IMG/VR virus record: IMGVR_UViG_3300033407_000048
Location: 1-41,584 of that record
DNA: 41,584 nucleotides
Source: a virus
Taxonomy: Duplodnaviria; Caudoviricetes
Strand: one strand, 5' to 3'
Shown: one piece after another, positions 15,496 through 23,593 of the stretch
Layout: each line of letters starts with the position of its first letter
How positions within the stretch are numbered: the first letter of the stretch is position 1
Made by a program: the position numbers and the translations under genes
Notes under the pieces: generated by a model
Told to the model about the DNA's origin: nothing
The model's input: the letters and a program-made list of their open reading frames with translations, nothing else
The model's database searches: none

Positions 15496-15731
15496 AAACG
15501 GAACGTGTTGATTTCGCAGTCGGCGATCTCGTGCGTCATCGAGCGAGCGGGCAGGTAGGCGTCATCACGGTTGTGTTCGAGAAATGCGTTAATCCAGAGC
15601 ATCCGGTTATCGGCATGATCTTTCATCCTGTTGGATGTGTGATCGAACCGACCGGTTACTACAACGTTTCAGTCGGTTTCAACGATAGCAGCCATGAAGT
15701 TCCGCTCGTCCTGTTGGAACATGTGGAATAA
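15492..15731 (+). CDS. Small SH3-like protein
   Basis: TTGA coupling, AAGGAGGT RBS; FAVGDLVRHR..GQVGVI. Confidence 0.6.
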   Translation: MKTERVDFAVGDLVRHRASGQVGVITVVFEKCVNPEHPVIGMIFHPVGCVIEPTGYYNVSVGFNDSSHEVPLVLLEHVE

Positions 15732-15747
15732 AAAGGAGGAGGAGTCA

Positions 15748-16680
15748 ATGGGAGAAAAGAAAACAGCCGACATGCCCTTAGTGTCGGAAGGGCCTCACGC
15801 CCTCTACCGCCGCGACACCGAGACCGGTTTCGCGCGAATCAATCCGCAAGATCTCATCCAACAGGCCATCGAGGCCGGGTCGGGAATCGAAACGCTCGAA
15901 CGACTCGTCGACCTGGCCATACGGGTCAGAGAGCAGGATGCAAAGGAGGCGTGGTACGCCGCCATGGCAGAGTTCCAGCGCACCTGCCCGCCGATCCCGA
16001 AGACGCGCACAGCCGATGTACCGACGAAGAGCGGCGGGAGATTTTCCTACACCTACGCGCCGCTCGACGAGATCCTTAGCGTCGTACAGCCGATCATGGG
16101 CGCGCTCGGGCTGTCGATCCAGTGGGGCTTGAAGTACCAGCCGAACGTCGTGATCGCCAACTGTCGGATCCTTCACCGGCTCGGGCACTCGGAAGAGTCC
16201 GGGGAGCTTGGGATCCCCGTCGACATGTCGAGCGGAATCGGAGCGAATGCGGCTCAGCGGGTCGGCATCGCGACGACCTACGCGAAGCGCTACGCGCTGC
16301 GCGCTGCGCTCGGAATCGAACCCGAAGGCGATCCGGACGCTCAAGGCACAGATCGTCCGGCACCCGCAGAGCCGCGGCGCAAGTCCGGCGCGACCGACGC
16401 TCCGAAGCAGTCCGCACCGCTGCGCGTCGAAGTGCTCGACTACCAGAAGAGCACGGGGACGAAGAAGACCGGCGAAACATGGACGCTCCACACGCTGACC
16501 TTCAGGACAGAAGACGGCAAACAGTTCCAGGCCGGGACGTTCTCGAGCAGCGTCGCGAAGTCGCTCATGGCGTACAAGACCGAAGGCCAGCTCCCGTGCG
16601 TCGTCTTCGCGCGGACCGACAAGGGGATCAACATCGAGACGATCGTGGAGGAGGATTCGCAGGAGGAAACGATCCAGTGA
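15748..16680 (+). CDS. erf: ERF-family single-strand annealing protein
   Basis: YTYAPLDEI, HRLGHSE, QRVG.ATTYAKRY, D.DA motifs; strong RBS. Confidence 0.88.
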   Translation: MGEKKTADMPLVSEGPHALYRRDTETGFARINPQDLIQQAIEAGSGIETLERLVDLAIRVREQDAKEAWYAAMAEFQRTCPPIPKTRTADVPTKSGGRFSYTYAPLDEILSVVQPIMGALGLSIQWGLKYQPNVVIANCRILHRLGHSEESGELGIPVDMSSGIGANAAQRVGIATTYAKRYALRAALGIEPEGDPDAQGTDRPAPAEPRRKSGATDAPKQSAPLRVEVLDYQKSTGTKKTGETWTLHTLTFRTEDGKQFQAGTFSSSVAKSLMAYKTEGQLPCVVFARTDKGINIETIVEEDSQEETIQ

Positions 16681-17222
16681 CCGACGCCGTACCGTCTGCA
16701 ACGCGCCTGCTCCGTGACATCGGAATCACGGACATTTCCCACGTTCCGGAGTGGGCGCTCGAACGCGGGAGGCATGTCCACAGGGCGCTCGAGTTCTTCG
16801 ATCAGGGCGATCTCGATGAGGATTCGGTCGTCGAGGAGTTCCGCGGCTACGTCGAGTCGTGGAAGCGGTTCAGAACCGCTCACGATCCCGAAATCGTCCG
16901 CGTCGAACATCGGTTCGAGTCGCCGCTGTGGCGTGTCTCGGCACGCCCCGACGTCGTGTGCCGCATGCAGGGCGCTCTGTGGGTGATCGAGCGCAAGGTC
17001 GGCGGCCCCGCGCCGTGGCACGCGCTACAGACGGCAATACAACGTCTCGCGATGGAAGGCATCCAAGACGTCGAAGTTCCAACGCGACGCGGTGCCGTCT
17101 ATCTCGAGGACGACAATCAGGGCAAGCTACGCGAGCACACGAACCCGAGAGATCGGGACGTTGTGCTCGCGCTGCTAACCGTATGGAGGTGGAAACATGG
17201 GAATGGAGTTGATCAGAGTTGA
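16677..17222 (+). CDS. Second PD-(D/E)XK-fold nuclease-like protein
   Basis: PSATRLL, RGRHVH, VEHR, RPD, IERK, LQTA; GTGA coupling. Confidence 0.7.
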   Translation: MTDAVPSATRLLRDIGITDISHVPEWALERGRHVHRALEFFDQGDLDEDSVVEEFRGYVESWKRFRTAHDPEIVRVEHRFESPLWRVSARPDVVCRMQGALWVIERKVGGPAPWHALQTAIQRLAMEGIQDVEVPTRRGAVYLEDDNQGKLREHTNPRDRDVVLALLTVWRWKHGNGVDQS

Positions 17223-17904
17223 AGCCCCGGAGACGAGCGGCCTGGAGAAGTCGGTCCTCGTCCTCGTGCGCGATGTCGACGCGCTGCAGGTTGAGACGGA
17301 CGAGGATCACAATCGCGCGCAGGGATACCGCATCCGAGTGCGCGACTACATCCGGAGCGTCGATGAGACGTTCCATGCGAGCCTACAGGCGACCCATCGC
17401 GCGCACCGGACGGTCATCGACGAGACGAAGCGCCTCAAGGTGCCGGCAGAGCAGGCACTCGGAATCATCGACCAGAAGATCATCGGATTCCGCCGCAAGC
17501 GGCAGGTCGAAGAAGACCTCCGCCGGCGCGAACAGGAGGAGCGGCAAAGGAAGGTCGAGGAGGAGAACCGGATCCAGGAGGCGCAGTCGCTCGTCGACGC
17601 GGGCCGGCCCGTCGAGGAGGCCGAGGCCGTATTGGAGCGGCCCGTCGTCGTCCCGGCCGTGGCGACGCCGAAACGGGCACCCGAGCCGGTAGCACAACGG
17701 AGGACCTGGAGCGCCGAGGTCATCAGCATCCTGGCGCTTGTGCGCCACGTCGCGCAGCACCCCGAGGACGTGGGCTATCTGATCGCAAACGGCCCTGCGC
17801 TCAATGCGCGGGCGAGGGCAGATCAGGAGAACATGACGCTGCCCGGTGTCCGTGCCGTGGCACGAGATGGGTTGGCGAGTCAGAGACGGAGCGGAGAGTT
17901 CTAA
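17197..17904 (+). CDS. Coiled-coil phage protein typical of recombination modules
   Basis: Long charged helices; W.AEV..., LPGV C-terminal motif. Confidence 0.65.
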   Translation: MGMELIRVEAPETSGLEKSVLVLVRDVDALQVETDEDHNRAQGYRIRVRDYIRSVDETFHASLQATHRAHRTVIDETKRLKVPAEQALGIIDQKIIGFRRKRQVEEDLRRREQEERQRKVEEENRIQEAQSLVDAGRPVEEAEAVLERPVVVPAVATPKRAPEPVAQRRTWSAEVISILALVRHVAQHPEDVGYLIANGPALNARARADQENMTLPGVRAVARDGLASQRRSGEF

Positions 17905-17922
17905 CAAGAGAAAGGAGTTGGA

Positions 17923-18036
17923 ATGATGAAAGATCGGATTCGCGGGTGGTTCATCGCCGCAGTGGTCATGCTCGGGCTGGTGCTGATGGCGGCGCAGGCC
18001 AGGGCACTCGATCTGTTCTGGTGGCTCAGAAGGTAG
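17923..18036 (+). CDS. 37-aa signal-peptide-like microprotein
   Basis: AAAGGAG RBS; MMKDRIRGWFIAAVVMLGLVLMAAQARA-LDLFWWLRR. Confidence 0.5.
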   Translation: MMKDRIRGWFIAAVVMLGLVLMAAQARALDLFWWLRR

Positions 18037-18048
18037 CTTCATTCGCAT

Positions 18049-18158
18049 GATGAGCGGGCTGGTTGAGGCTGAGGCGCTTTACGCCCGCCGTCGGTCGATG
18101 TTCCGGGCTGCAAAGCAGAGGACATCGAGGGCGGCACCGAGGCCAGCCCGTCTCCATC
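18049..18158 (+). ncRNA. Multi-branched structured intergenic RNA
   Basis: Outer stem CGGGCTGGTT/GGCCAGCCCG; hairpins GGCG/CGCC and GCCGTC-TCGATGTTC-CTGC/GCAG-GGACATCGA-GGCGGC. Confidence 0.5.
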
Positions 18159-18184
18159 CATTCAAGGGAAAGGAGCTGTTGAAA

Positions 18185-18556
18185 ATGAGTGATCTGAAGC
18201 AGGTCGACATCTCGACGGTCGGCGAAGGCGCCGTCGTCGAACTCTTCGAGGAAGGTCAGAAGGAGGTCCTGGAGAACATCCGGGACCCGAACACAGAGTG
18301 GAAGATTCCGAGGAAAATCGTTCTGGAGATCGAGTACCGGGTCAACGAGGACCGGCGCGACGGCGTCGTCATCGTGGGGATGAAGACGAAGCTCGCGGCA
18401 ATCCGCGCGGCCGTCTCGCAGTTCGCGATCGGCGCTTCGCAGGACGGCGCCCGCCTCGCGGTCTACCAGCATCAGCCCCTCCCGGGTCTCGGCCCGGGCA
18501 CGATCATCGACAGCCGGACTGCAGCGGCCGGCGAAAGAGAGGAGGACGGAGAATGA
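18185..18556 (+). CDS. Conserved phage protein (NIxDPNT family)
   Basis: VLENIRDPNT..RKIVLEI motif; AAAGGAG RBS; usual partner of next gene. Confidence 0.75.
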   Translation: MSDLKQVDISTVGEGAVVELFEEGQKEVLENIRDPNTEWKIPRKIVLEIEYRVNEDRRDGVVIVGMKTKLAAIRAAVSQFAIGASQDGARLAVYQHQPLPGLGPGTIIDSRTAAAGEREEDGE

Positions 18557-19326
18557 GTACCGGCTCATGGTTATCTCAGGGTCTCGACAAGCTCCTCGAG
18601 TTGAGGCGCCCCCCGACGTTCGAGATCGATGGCCTGACGTACCGGACCGATACGGGCGCGATCGTGAGACCGCCGCTTCCTGGAAAACCGGAAGTGGTGA
18701 CCGTCTCGACGTTGCGCGGCGTAGTCGATGCCGCCAAGAATCCGGATGAATCGTTCGGCGGCGGCGTCGTCATCATCCATGTCGCGAACCATCGCGAGGT
18801 CAACATCATGACGCCTCTCATGGATGAGTACCCGTATCAGAACGTGCGTGAGATCTACGTCACGGCGAAGCCGATCGCCGCATCAGTCGATCCGTGGTTC
18901 GGGACGTTCCTTCCCGTCGATGAGTTCCTCGTCCGTTTGCGCTCGCAGTTCGTCCAGTCCGAGGCGCGGGATGGCCTCCTCGACATCCTGTCGAGGATCG
19001 AGGAAAAGGACACGCAGGAGTTGAGTGATGACGGGATGTCGCAGGCGGTCGTCATCAAGCGCGGTGCGGCCGTCGGGCGGCAGATGAAGGCGCTGCCCGG
19101 AGAGGTCCGGCTCGCGCCGTTCAGGACCTTCCCGGAGATCGAGCCGCCCGAGTCGCCGTTCGTCTGCCGGCTGGAGAGGTCGCAGGAAGGGCCTCAACTC
19201 GCGCTGTTCGAGTGCGATGGCGGACTGTGGCGACTCAAGGCCGTAGGGGAGATCCGCGATTGGCTCGAATCCGAGGTCGAAAAGGCAGCGTTACCAGATG
19301 GTCGGACGGTCAAGATCTACGGATAA
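18553..19326 (+). CDS. Conserved phage protein (LAPFRTF.E / LFE.DGG.W family, DUF2303-like)
   Basis: DDGMSQ, LAPFRTFPEIE.PESPFV.R, ALFECDGGLW motifs. Confidence 0.75.
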   Translation: MSTGSWLSQGLDKLLELRRPPTFEIDGLTYRTDTGAIVRPPLPGKPEVVTVSTLRGVVDAAKNPDESFGGGVVIIHVANHREVNIMTPLMDEYPYQNVREIYVTAKPIAASVDPWFGTFLPVDEFLVRLRSQFVQSEARDGLLDILSRIEEKDTQELSDDGMSQAVVIKRGAAVGRQMKALPGEVRLAPFRTFPEIEPPESPFVCRLERSQEGPQLALFECDGGLWRLKAVGEIRDWLESEVEKAALPDGRTVKIYG

Positions 19327-19350
19327 CTCAATGCCACACGCAGATTTGCC

Positions 19351-19380
19351 TTGACACGGGAGGTCTGCGCGTGGTAGTCT
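19351..19380 (+). promoter_or_regulatory. Promoter of replication operon
   Basis: TTGACA 19351-19356, 18 bp, TG-G-TAGTCT extended -10; CGCAGA/TCTGCG inverted repeat flanks the -35. Confidence 0.65.
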
Positions 19381-19386
19381 GCAAGG

Positions 19387-19545
19387 AGATCGAGTAGCAC
19401 CGATCAGAGATCCAGCATTGAAAAACAGGTTGAGCGGCGGCCCGGTCCTACAGTTGCCCCGCGCCGGTGGAATGCGCGCCGGGGCGCGATCGGTGCTACA
19501 GCCGGGTCGCCGCCTCATACCCTTTCTCCTAGGAAGAGGAGCCTG
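19387..19545 (+). ncRNA. Structured leader RNA resembling P4 CI / P1 C4 antisense architecture
   Basis: Double stem-loop 19431-19517; its 3' bulge 19488-19499 is the exact complement of 19394-19405. Confidence 0.55.
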
Positions 19546-19548
19546 CCG

Positions 19549-20463
19549 ATGGGGTCCGAGCGCAACGACGGTTACTTCCGGGTCTCCAACTTCATCGGGC
19601 ACAACGACAAGATAGCAACTCTCCCCTCGGATCATGTCCGGTGGACCCTCATTCTCGTCTGGGCCGCCGGCAAGCTTCAAGACCCGATCGGCCAGTGGGT
19701 GAGCCTCGATCACCTACGCGCCTGCGTTCAGCGACCGATGAAGCACTTCCTGGCCCTCATCGATGCCGGCTTGATCGAGGCCTTCGAAGATAAGATTTGC
19801 TGTCACGACTTCGGCGAATGGCAGACTCCGCGGCGCCGTGATCCAACCAATGCGGAGAGGCAGTCGAGACATCGTCGACGCGTCGCCGAGGCTTCGACGA
19901 CGACGAGACGAAGCGTCTACGACGATGAGACGAAGCAGAGGCGCACACGAAAAGACAACGACTTAGCTCAAGAAGTAACGTTACGTAACGTGGCCGTAAC
20001 GAAGGCGAGTAACGCATATACGGAGACGGAGACAAAGACAACTAAGAGTCTTGGTATTGAGTCAGAAGAGCCTCTTGAAAGCTGCATCTCAGTGGACGCC
20101 TCGCCCGCAAAAGAGGCTCCTTCCAAACCAGAACCAAAGAAGACCAAGACACCGCGCTTCCGCCAGCTCTCCGACTACCTCGACGATCCCGACGCTCGAG
20201 ACGCCGCAGCAGAAGTCATCGCCCGCTACGGACCCAACCGCGGCAAATCAATCCTCGACGCCGCAGCTCGAGCGCAGGGATTCCCGTCCGCTTTCACCCG
20301 CAGCCTTCAGAACGTCGTGAAAACACGACCTGATGATCCGGAAGCTTACGTCACAGTAGCGATACGTGAAGGTTCTCAAGACGACGTGTTCGCAAATCAT
20401 GTCAAGGAACATGAGCAAAGAAAGCGCGAGAAACCGATCGACTTGGAGGACATCCCACAATGA
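19549..20463 (+). CDS. Replication initiator / replisome organiser
   Basis: HDFGEWQ, TNAERQSRHR, VT.RN..VT, TETET motifs. Confidence 0.78.
   Translation: MGSERNDGYFRVSNFIGHNDKIATLPSDHVRWTLILVWAAGKLQDPIGQWVSLDHLRACVQRPMKHFLALIDAGLIEAFEDKICCHDFGEWQTPRRRDPTNAERQSRHRRRVAEASTTTRRSVYDDETKQRRTRKDNDLAQEVTLRNVAVTKASNAYTETETKTTKSLGIESEEPLESCISVDASPAKEAPSKPEPKKTKTPRFRQLSDYLDDPDARDAAAEVIARYGPNRGKSILDAAARAQGFPSAFTRSLQNVVKTRPDDPEAYVTVAIREGSQDDVFANHVKEHEQRKREKPIDLEDIPQ
19975..20014. repeat. GTAACG iterons, candidate replication origin
   Basis: GTAACG at 19975, 19985, 19996, 20009 plus inverted CGTTAC at 19979. Confidence 0.6.
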
Positions 20464-20993
20464 ACGATCCTGTCACGCTCTACTCCGGCGATCCGACGGA
20501 CATGCTTTCGTGTGCTACAATTCGACGCGTCCTCGAGTGGCACGAAGCGTTCGACGAACGGATCACCGGAAACGAACGCAGAGAAATCGCGCTGCATCAA
20601 CTTCGACTCGACGACGTCCGCGATCTCGGGCAATGGGTACTCAACGGCCTCAGGCAATACGGCGCCGCATGGGCGCAAAGGGAGGAGCAATGTCACCCGA
20701 AACTCGAGATGAGAAAGAAATGCAGCGTCCACGGCGAGAACTCGTTCACCTCTGGCAGTTCGCAGCATCAGAAGATGAGACCTCTGCCCGATGCTGGCGG
20801 CATTGCCAACTCTGCGGACGAGTCGAGCAGTCAGTGCGCGTCGGACTTTGTCACGTCTGGTGCGACTTCATCCGCGGAGATGGATCCTGCGAGTCCATCG
20901 CCGCCGATGACCACGAAACCGGAACCGCCGTTGGACGGCGATCCGCTGACGGAAGCACCGTCACCTGACGATGACGACGACCTGCCGTTCTGA
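20460..20993 (+). CDS. Hypothetical protein with SSB-like acidic tail (DDDDDLPF)
   Basis: ATGA coupling to initiator; GGAGG RBS. Confidence 0.6.
   Translation: MNDPVTLYSGDPTDMLSCATIRRVLEWHEAFDERITGNERREIALHQLRLDDVRDLGQWVLNGLRQYGAAWAQREEQCHPKLEMRKKCSVHGENSFTSGSSQHQKMRPLPDAGGIANSADESSSQCASDFVTSGATSSAEMDPASPSPPMTTKPEPPLDGDPLTEAPSPDDDDDLPF
20690..20968 (+). CDS. Nested out-of-frame small zinc-ribbon-like protein
   Basis: AAAGGGAGGAG RBS; HLW...CQLCG motif. Confidence 0.45.
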   Translation: MSPETRDEKEMQRPRRELVHLWQFAASEDETSARCWRHCQLCGRVEQSVRVGLCHVWCDFIRGDGSCESIAADDHETGTAVGRRSADGSTVT

Positions 20994-21058
20994 AAAGAGG
21001 CTTGCAACTGAGACGCCTCATGGATAGATTGATCAAAACCCGCACACTGGAAAGGCGC

Positions 21059-21679
21059 ATGAACAAGAAACTGAAGCGCAAAAGCCCTAAACAATCTCCA
21101 TGGTCCAATCTCCAAGGAAGGGGGCTCACGAAACTTAACGCCGACATCGCGACGAAAATCACCAATCTCATTTTCTCATCCGGATGCTACATCGAAACTG
21201 CCGCCGCCTATGCTGGCGTCGCACGCCGCACGTTCTACGACTGGCTCTTGAAGGGGCGGCGTGATCTGGAGGACGGCAAAGACACGGTCCACGCGAAGTT
21301 CAGTCACATGCTCGATGAAGCGTCGGCGAAGGCCGAGATCTCTGATCTGTCGACAATCTCTCAACATGCCGCCGGATACATGGTCGAAGAAAGACGAGAG
21401 ATCCTTGGATCTGACGGCACAGTCAAGGAAGTCGTCACGACGCGCAAGTTCAGACGCGACTGGCAACCGGCAGCGTGGCGTCTCGCGCGCAAGCACCCGG
21501 AACGATGGGGGGCGCGGATAGAGGCGAAGATCAAGATCGATATGCCCGCTGAGTTCGAGTCGGCGCTCTTGGCGGCGCTCGAGGATCACCCCGAGGCGCT
21601 GTCCGCCGTGCGTAGCATGATGGAATCACTCGCAGGAGCATCGAACGGGAAGGTCGATGAGACAAGCCGCGCACGGTAG
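21059..21679 (+). CDS. terS: Terminase small subunit
   Basis: HTH G.YIETAAAYAGV.RRTFYDWL; DWQ.AAW.L.RK.PERWG; precedes TerL; start could be 21020. Confidence 0.8.
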   Translation: MNKKLKRKSPKQSPWSNLQGRGLTKLNADIATKITNLIFSSGCYIETAAAYAGVARRTFYDWLLKGRRDLEDGKDTVHAKFSHMLDEASAKAEISDLSTISQHAAGYMVEERREILGSDGTVKEVVTTRKFRRDWQPAAWRLARKHPERWGARIEAKIKIDMPAEFESALLAALEDHPEALSAVRSMMESLAGASNGKVDETSRAR

Positions 21680-23237
21680 AACCGCGGAAGATTGCGCAGT
21701 CGCCTTCCTCGATCTGCTCCAGAATCGCGAGGTCCACGGACCCGAACGGGCTCGGTGTGCCGATGATCCCTGGTATTTTCTCACCACCTATGCGATCACA
21801 TACGACGAGATGCAGACATCCGAAATCCCGTTCCCGGATTTCGCGTACGTCAAAGAACTGATTATCGACAATCTCGTTCCGGTCCCACAGGGGAATATCC
21901 ACGTCACCAAGACACGTCGATTCTTCTGTTCGTGGGCATGGATGGGAGCGTACCTCTGGGCTCTTACGTTCACGTCCTGGCCTCTTTTCGTGATGTCGCT
22001 CAAGGCGTCCTACGCGGACGATGGAGGCGGTCATTCGACATGGAGAAGCCTGGCAGGGAAGATCCGTTTCATGCACGAGCGGCTCCCGCTGTGGCTTCGC
22101 GCTCCACTGATTTTCAAGTTGGGTCTCATCCAGAACCCGAAGACAGGCTCATTCCTCGTTGCCGAATCCACTTCGGACGACCCCGCGCGTGGTGGCGGGT
22201 TCGTCCTTGGTCTCGCGGATGAGTTCGCGACGATCCCACATTCCGAGATGGTTCTGTCAGCGCTCGGAAACGCCGTCGTCAATCTGACGCTGCTGTCGAC
22301 ACCGAAGGGAAAGGCGAACGCACACGGCCGGATCTGGCGTCAGGGCTCGCCGCAATACAAGAAGGTCAACATCCTCTGGAGCGACCCGGAGACAGGAGCG
22401 AACATCCACGAGGGGCGAGATCGGGCGTGGCGCGACAACGAAGTCCGGAGGCTGAATCTGCTTCCTCACCTCGCGGCGCAGGAACTCGATGGAAGCTACG
22501 AGGGCTCGGTGCCGTACCGGATCCTCTACAATTACGACGCGTCGATCCACATGGCACCGACGCCATACCGGCCGGATCTCGCGATGTATTCCTTTTGGGA
22601 TTTCGGAGCCTCATCGCAAACGGCGATCGTCTTCTGTCAGGTCGAGATCGTGAATGTCCGCGGCGTGGATCTGTGGCGGCTTCGGTTCCCGTTCGCCGTC
22701 GGGGGAAGTCAGAAACCAGATCGGGAGTTCGCCACGATGTACCGCGAGGCGCTCGACGCGATGGGCTGCCGCAGATCACGCGACTACGGCGACCCGTCCG
22801 GGTGGGGCATGCAGATCGAACGCGAGAAGGTCACGAGCCGGATCAGGAACCTCGCGGATCTCGGGATCCATCTCCAAAAAGCGCCCGTCGTTGGGATGGG
22901 GCGTGAGGATATGTGGAACGATGCACGGCACTTCTTGGAGTTCAGGGAGCCGGCGTTGGTGCAGCTCGATCCGGTGAACGCGGCTGATCTCGGGTGGGAC
23001 ATGGAAAACTACAGATACAAGACCGACAAGGAAGGACGGCCCACAGGCGACCCCGATAAAACGAAGTTCTCGTCTCACTTCTCCGACGCGTACACCTTCG
23101 CTGCGTGCATGTTCCGGCACAGCGCGCGGGGGACGTCTCCTGGCATCACGACGGCGGAGCCCGAAAACGCGAGCCAGATCTATCGGCAATTGGGGGCTCC
23201 AGAGAGCATGCTCGCCGACGAACTCGGAGAACGGTGA
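21657..23237 (+). CDS. terL: Terminase large subunit
   Basis: KTRR..CSW Walker A region, LADEFA Walker B, LSTPKG, WDFG, DPSG, HFSDA nuclease motifs. Confidence 0.9.
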   Translation: MRQAAHGRTAEDCAVAFLDLLQNREVHGPERARCADDPWYFLTTYAITYDEMQTSEIPFPDFAYVKELIIDNLVPVPQGNIHVTKTRRFFCSWAWMGAYLWALTFTSWPLFVMSLKASYADDGGGHSTWRSLAGKIRFMHERLPLWLRAPLIFKLGLIQNPKTGSFLVAESTSDDPARGGGFVLGLADEFATIPHSEMVLSALGNAVVNLTLLSTPKGKANAHGRIWRQGSPQYKKVNILWSDPETGANIHEGRDRAWRDNEVRRLNLLPHLAAQELDGSYEGSVPYRILYNYDASIHMAPTPYRPDLAMYSFWDFGASSQTAIVFCQVEIVNVRGVDLWRLRFPFAVGGSQKPDREFATMYREALDAMGCRRSRDYGDPSGWGMQIEREKVTSRIRNLADLGIHLQKAPVVGMGREDMWNDARHFLEFREPALVQLDPVNAADLGWDMENYRYKTDKEGRPTGDPDKTKFSSHFSDAYTFAACMFRHSARGTSPGITTAEPENASQIYRQLGAPESMLADELGER

Positions 23238-23524
23238 TGGTGCCAGACAACCGATCCGCCTTCGCGCGCCTCCCGGGATATCTCCGGGGCGATCTGCGCA
23301 AGTGCGCGCCGGGTCAGATCATCTACGTGCCGAAAGGAGGGATGGCGGCCCCAGTGAACCCCGAGGCAGTCGCCCGGCTCGTTGACCTTCTGCTCGCGGA
23401 CGCATCGCGCTGTCCCACCAGAGCGGCAGCGATCCGGGAAACCGCTCGGACATTGGATCTTACCCCGCGCCACGTCCGCGGAATTCTCGCCCGGCTCGAC
23501 CCCGACGCAGCGGAAATGCTCTAA
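23237..23524 (+). CDS. Mor/C-like late transcription activator
   Basis: GQIIYVPK then HTH IRETARTLDLTPRHVRGIL; directly before head genes. Confidence 0.65.
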   Translation: MVPDNRSAFARLPGYLRGDLRKCAPGQIIYVPKGGMAAPVNPEAVARLVDLLLADASRCPTRAAAIRETARTLDLTPRHVRGILARLDPDAAEML

Positions 23525-23529
23525 GACGA

Positions 23530-23565
23530 TTTCCATTTCATCCCGCCGCAATTCTGCGCTATCGT
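23530..23565 (+). promoter_or_regulatory. Putative activator-dependent late promoter
   Basis: TATCGT -10 at 23560-23565, poor -35, just after Mor-like gene. Confidence 0.4.
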
Positions 23566-23593
23566 GTCCCTCGTAAACGGGAGACCGCTGACG

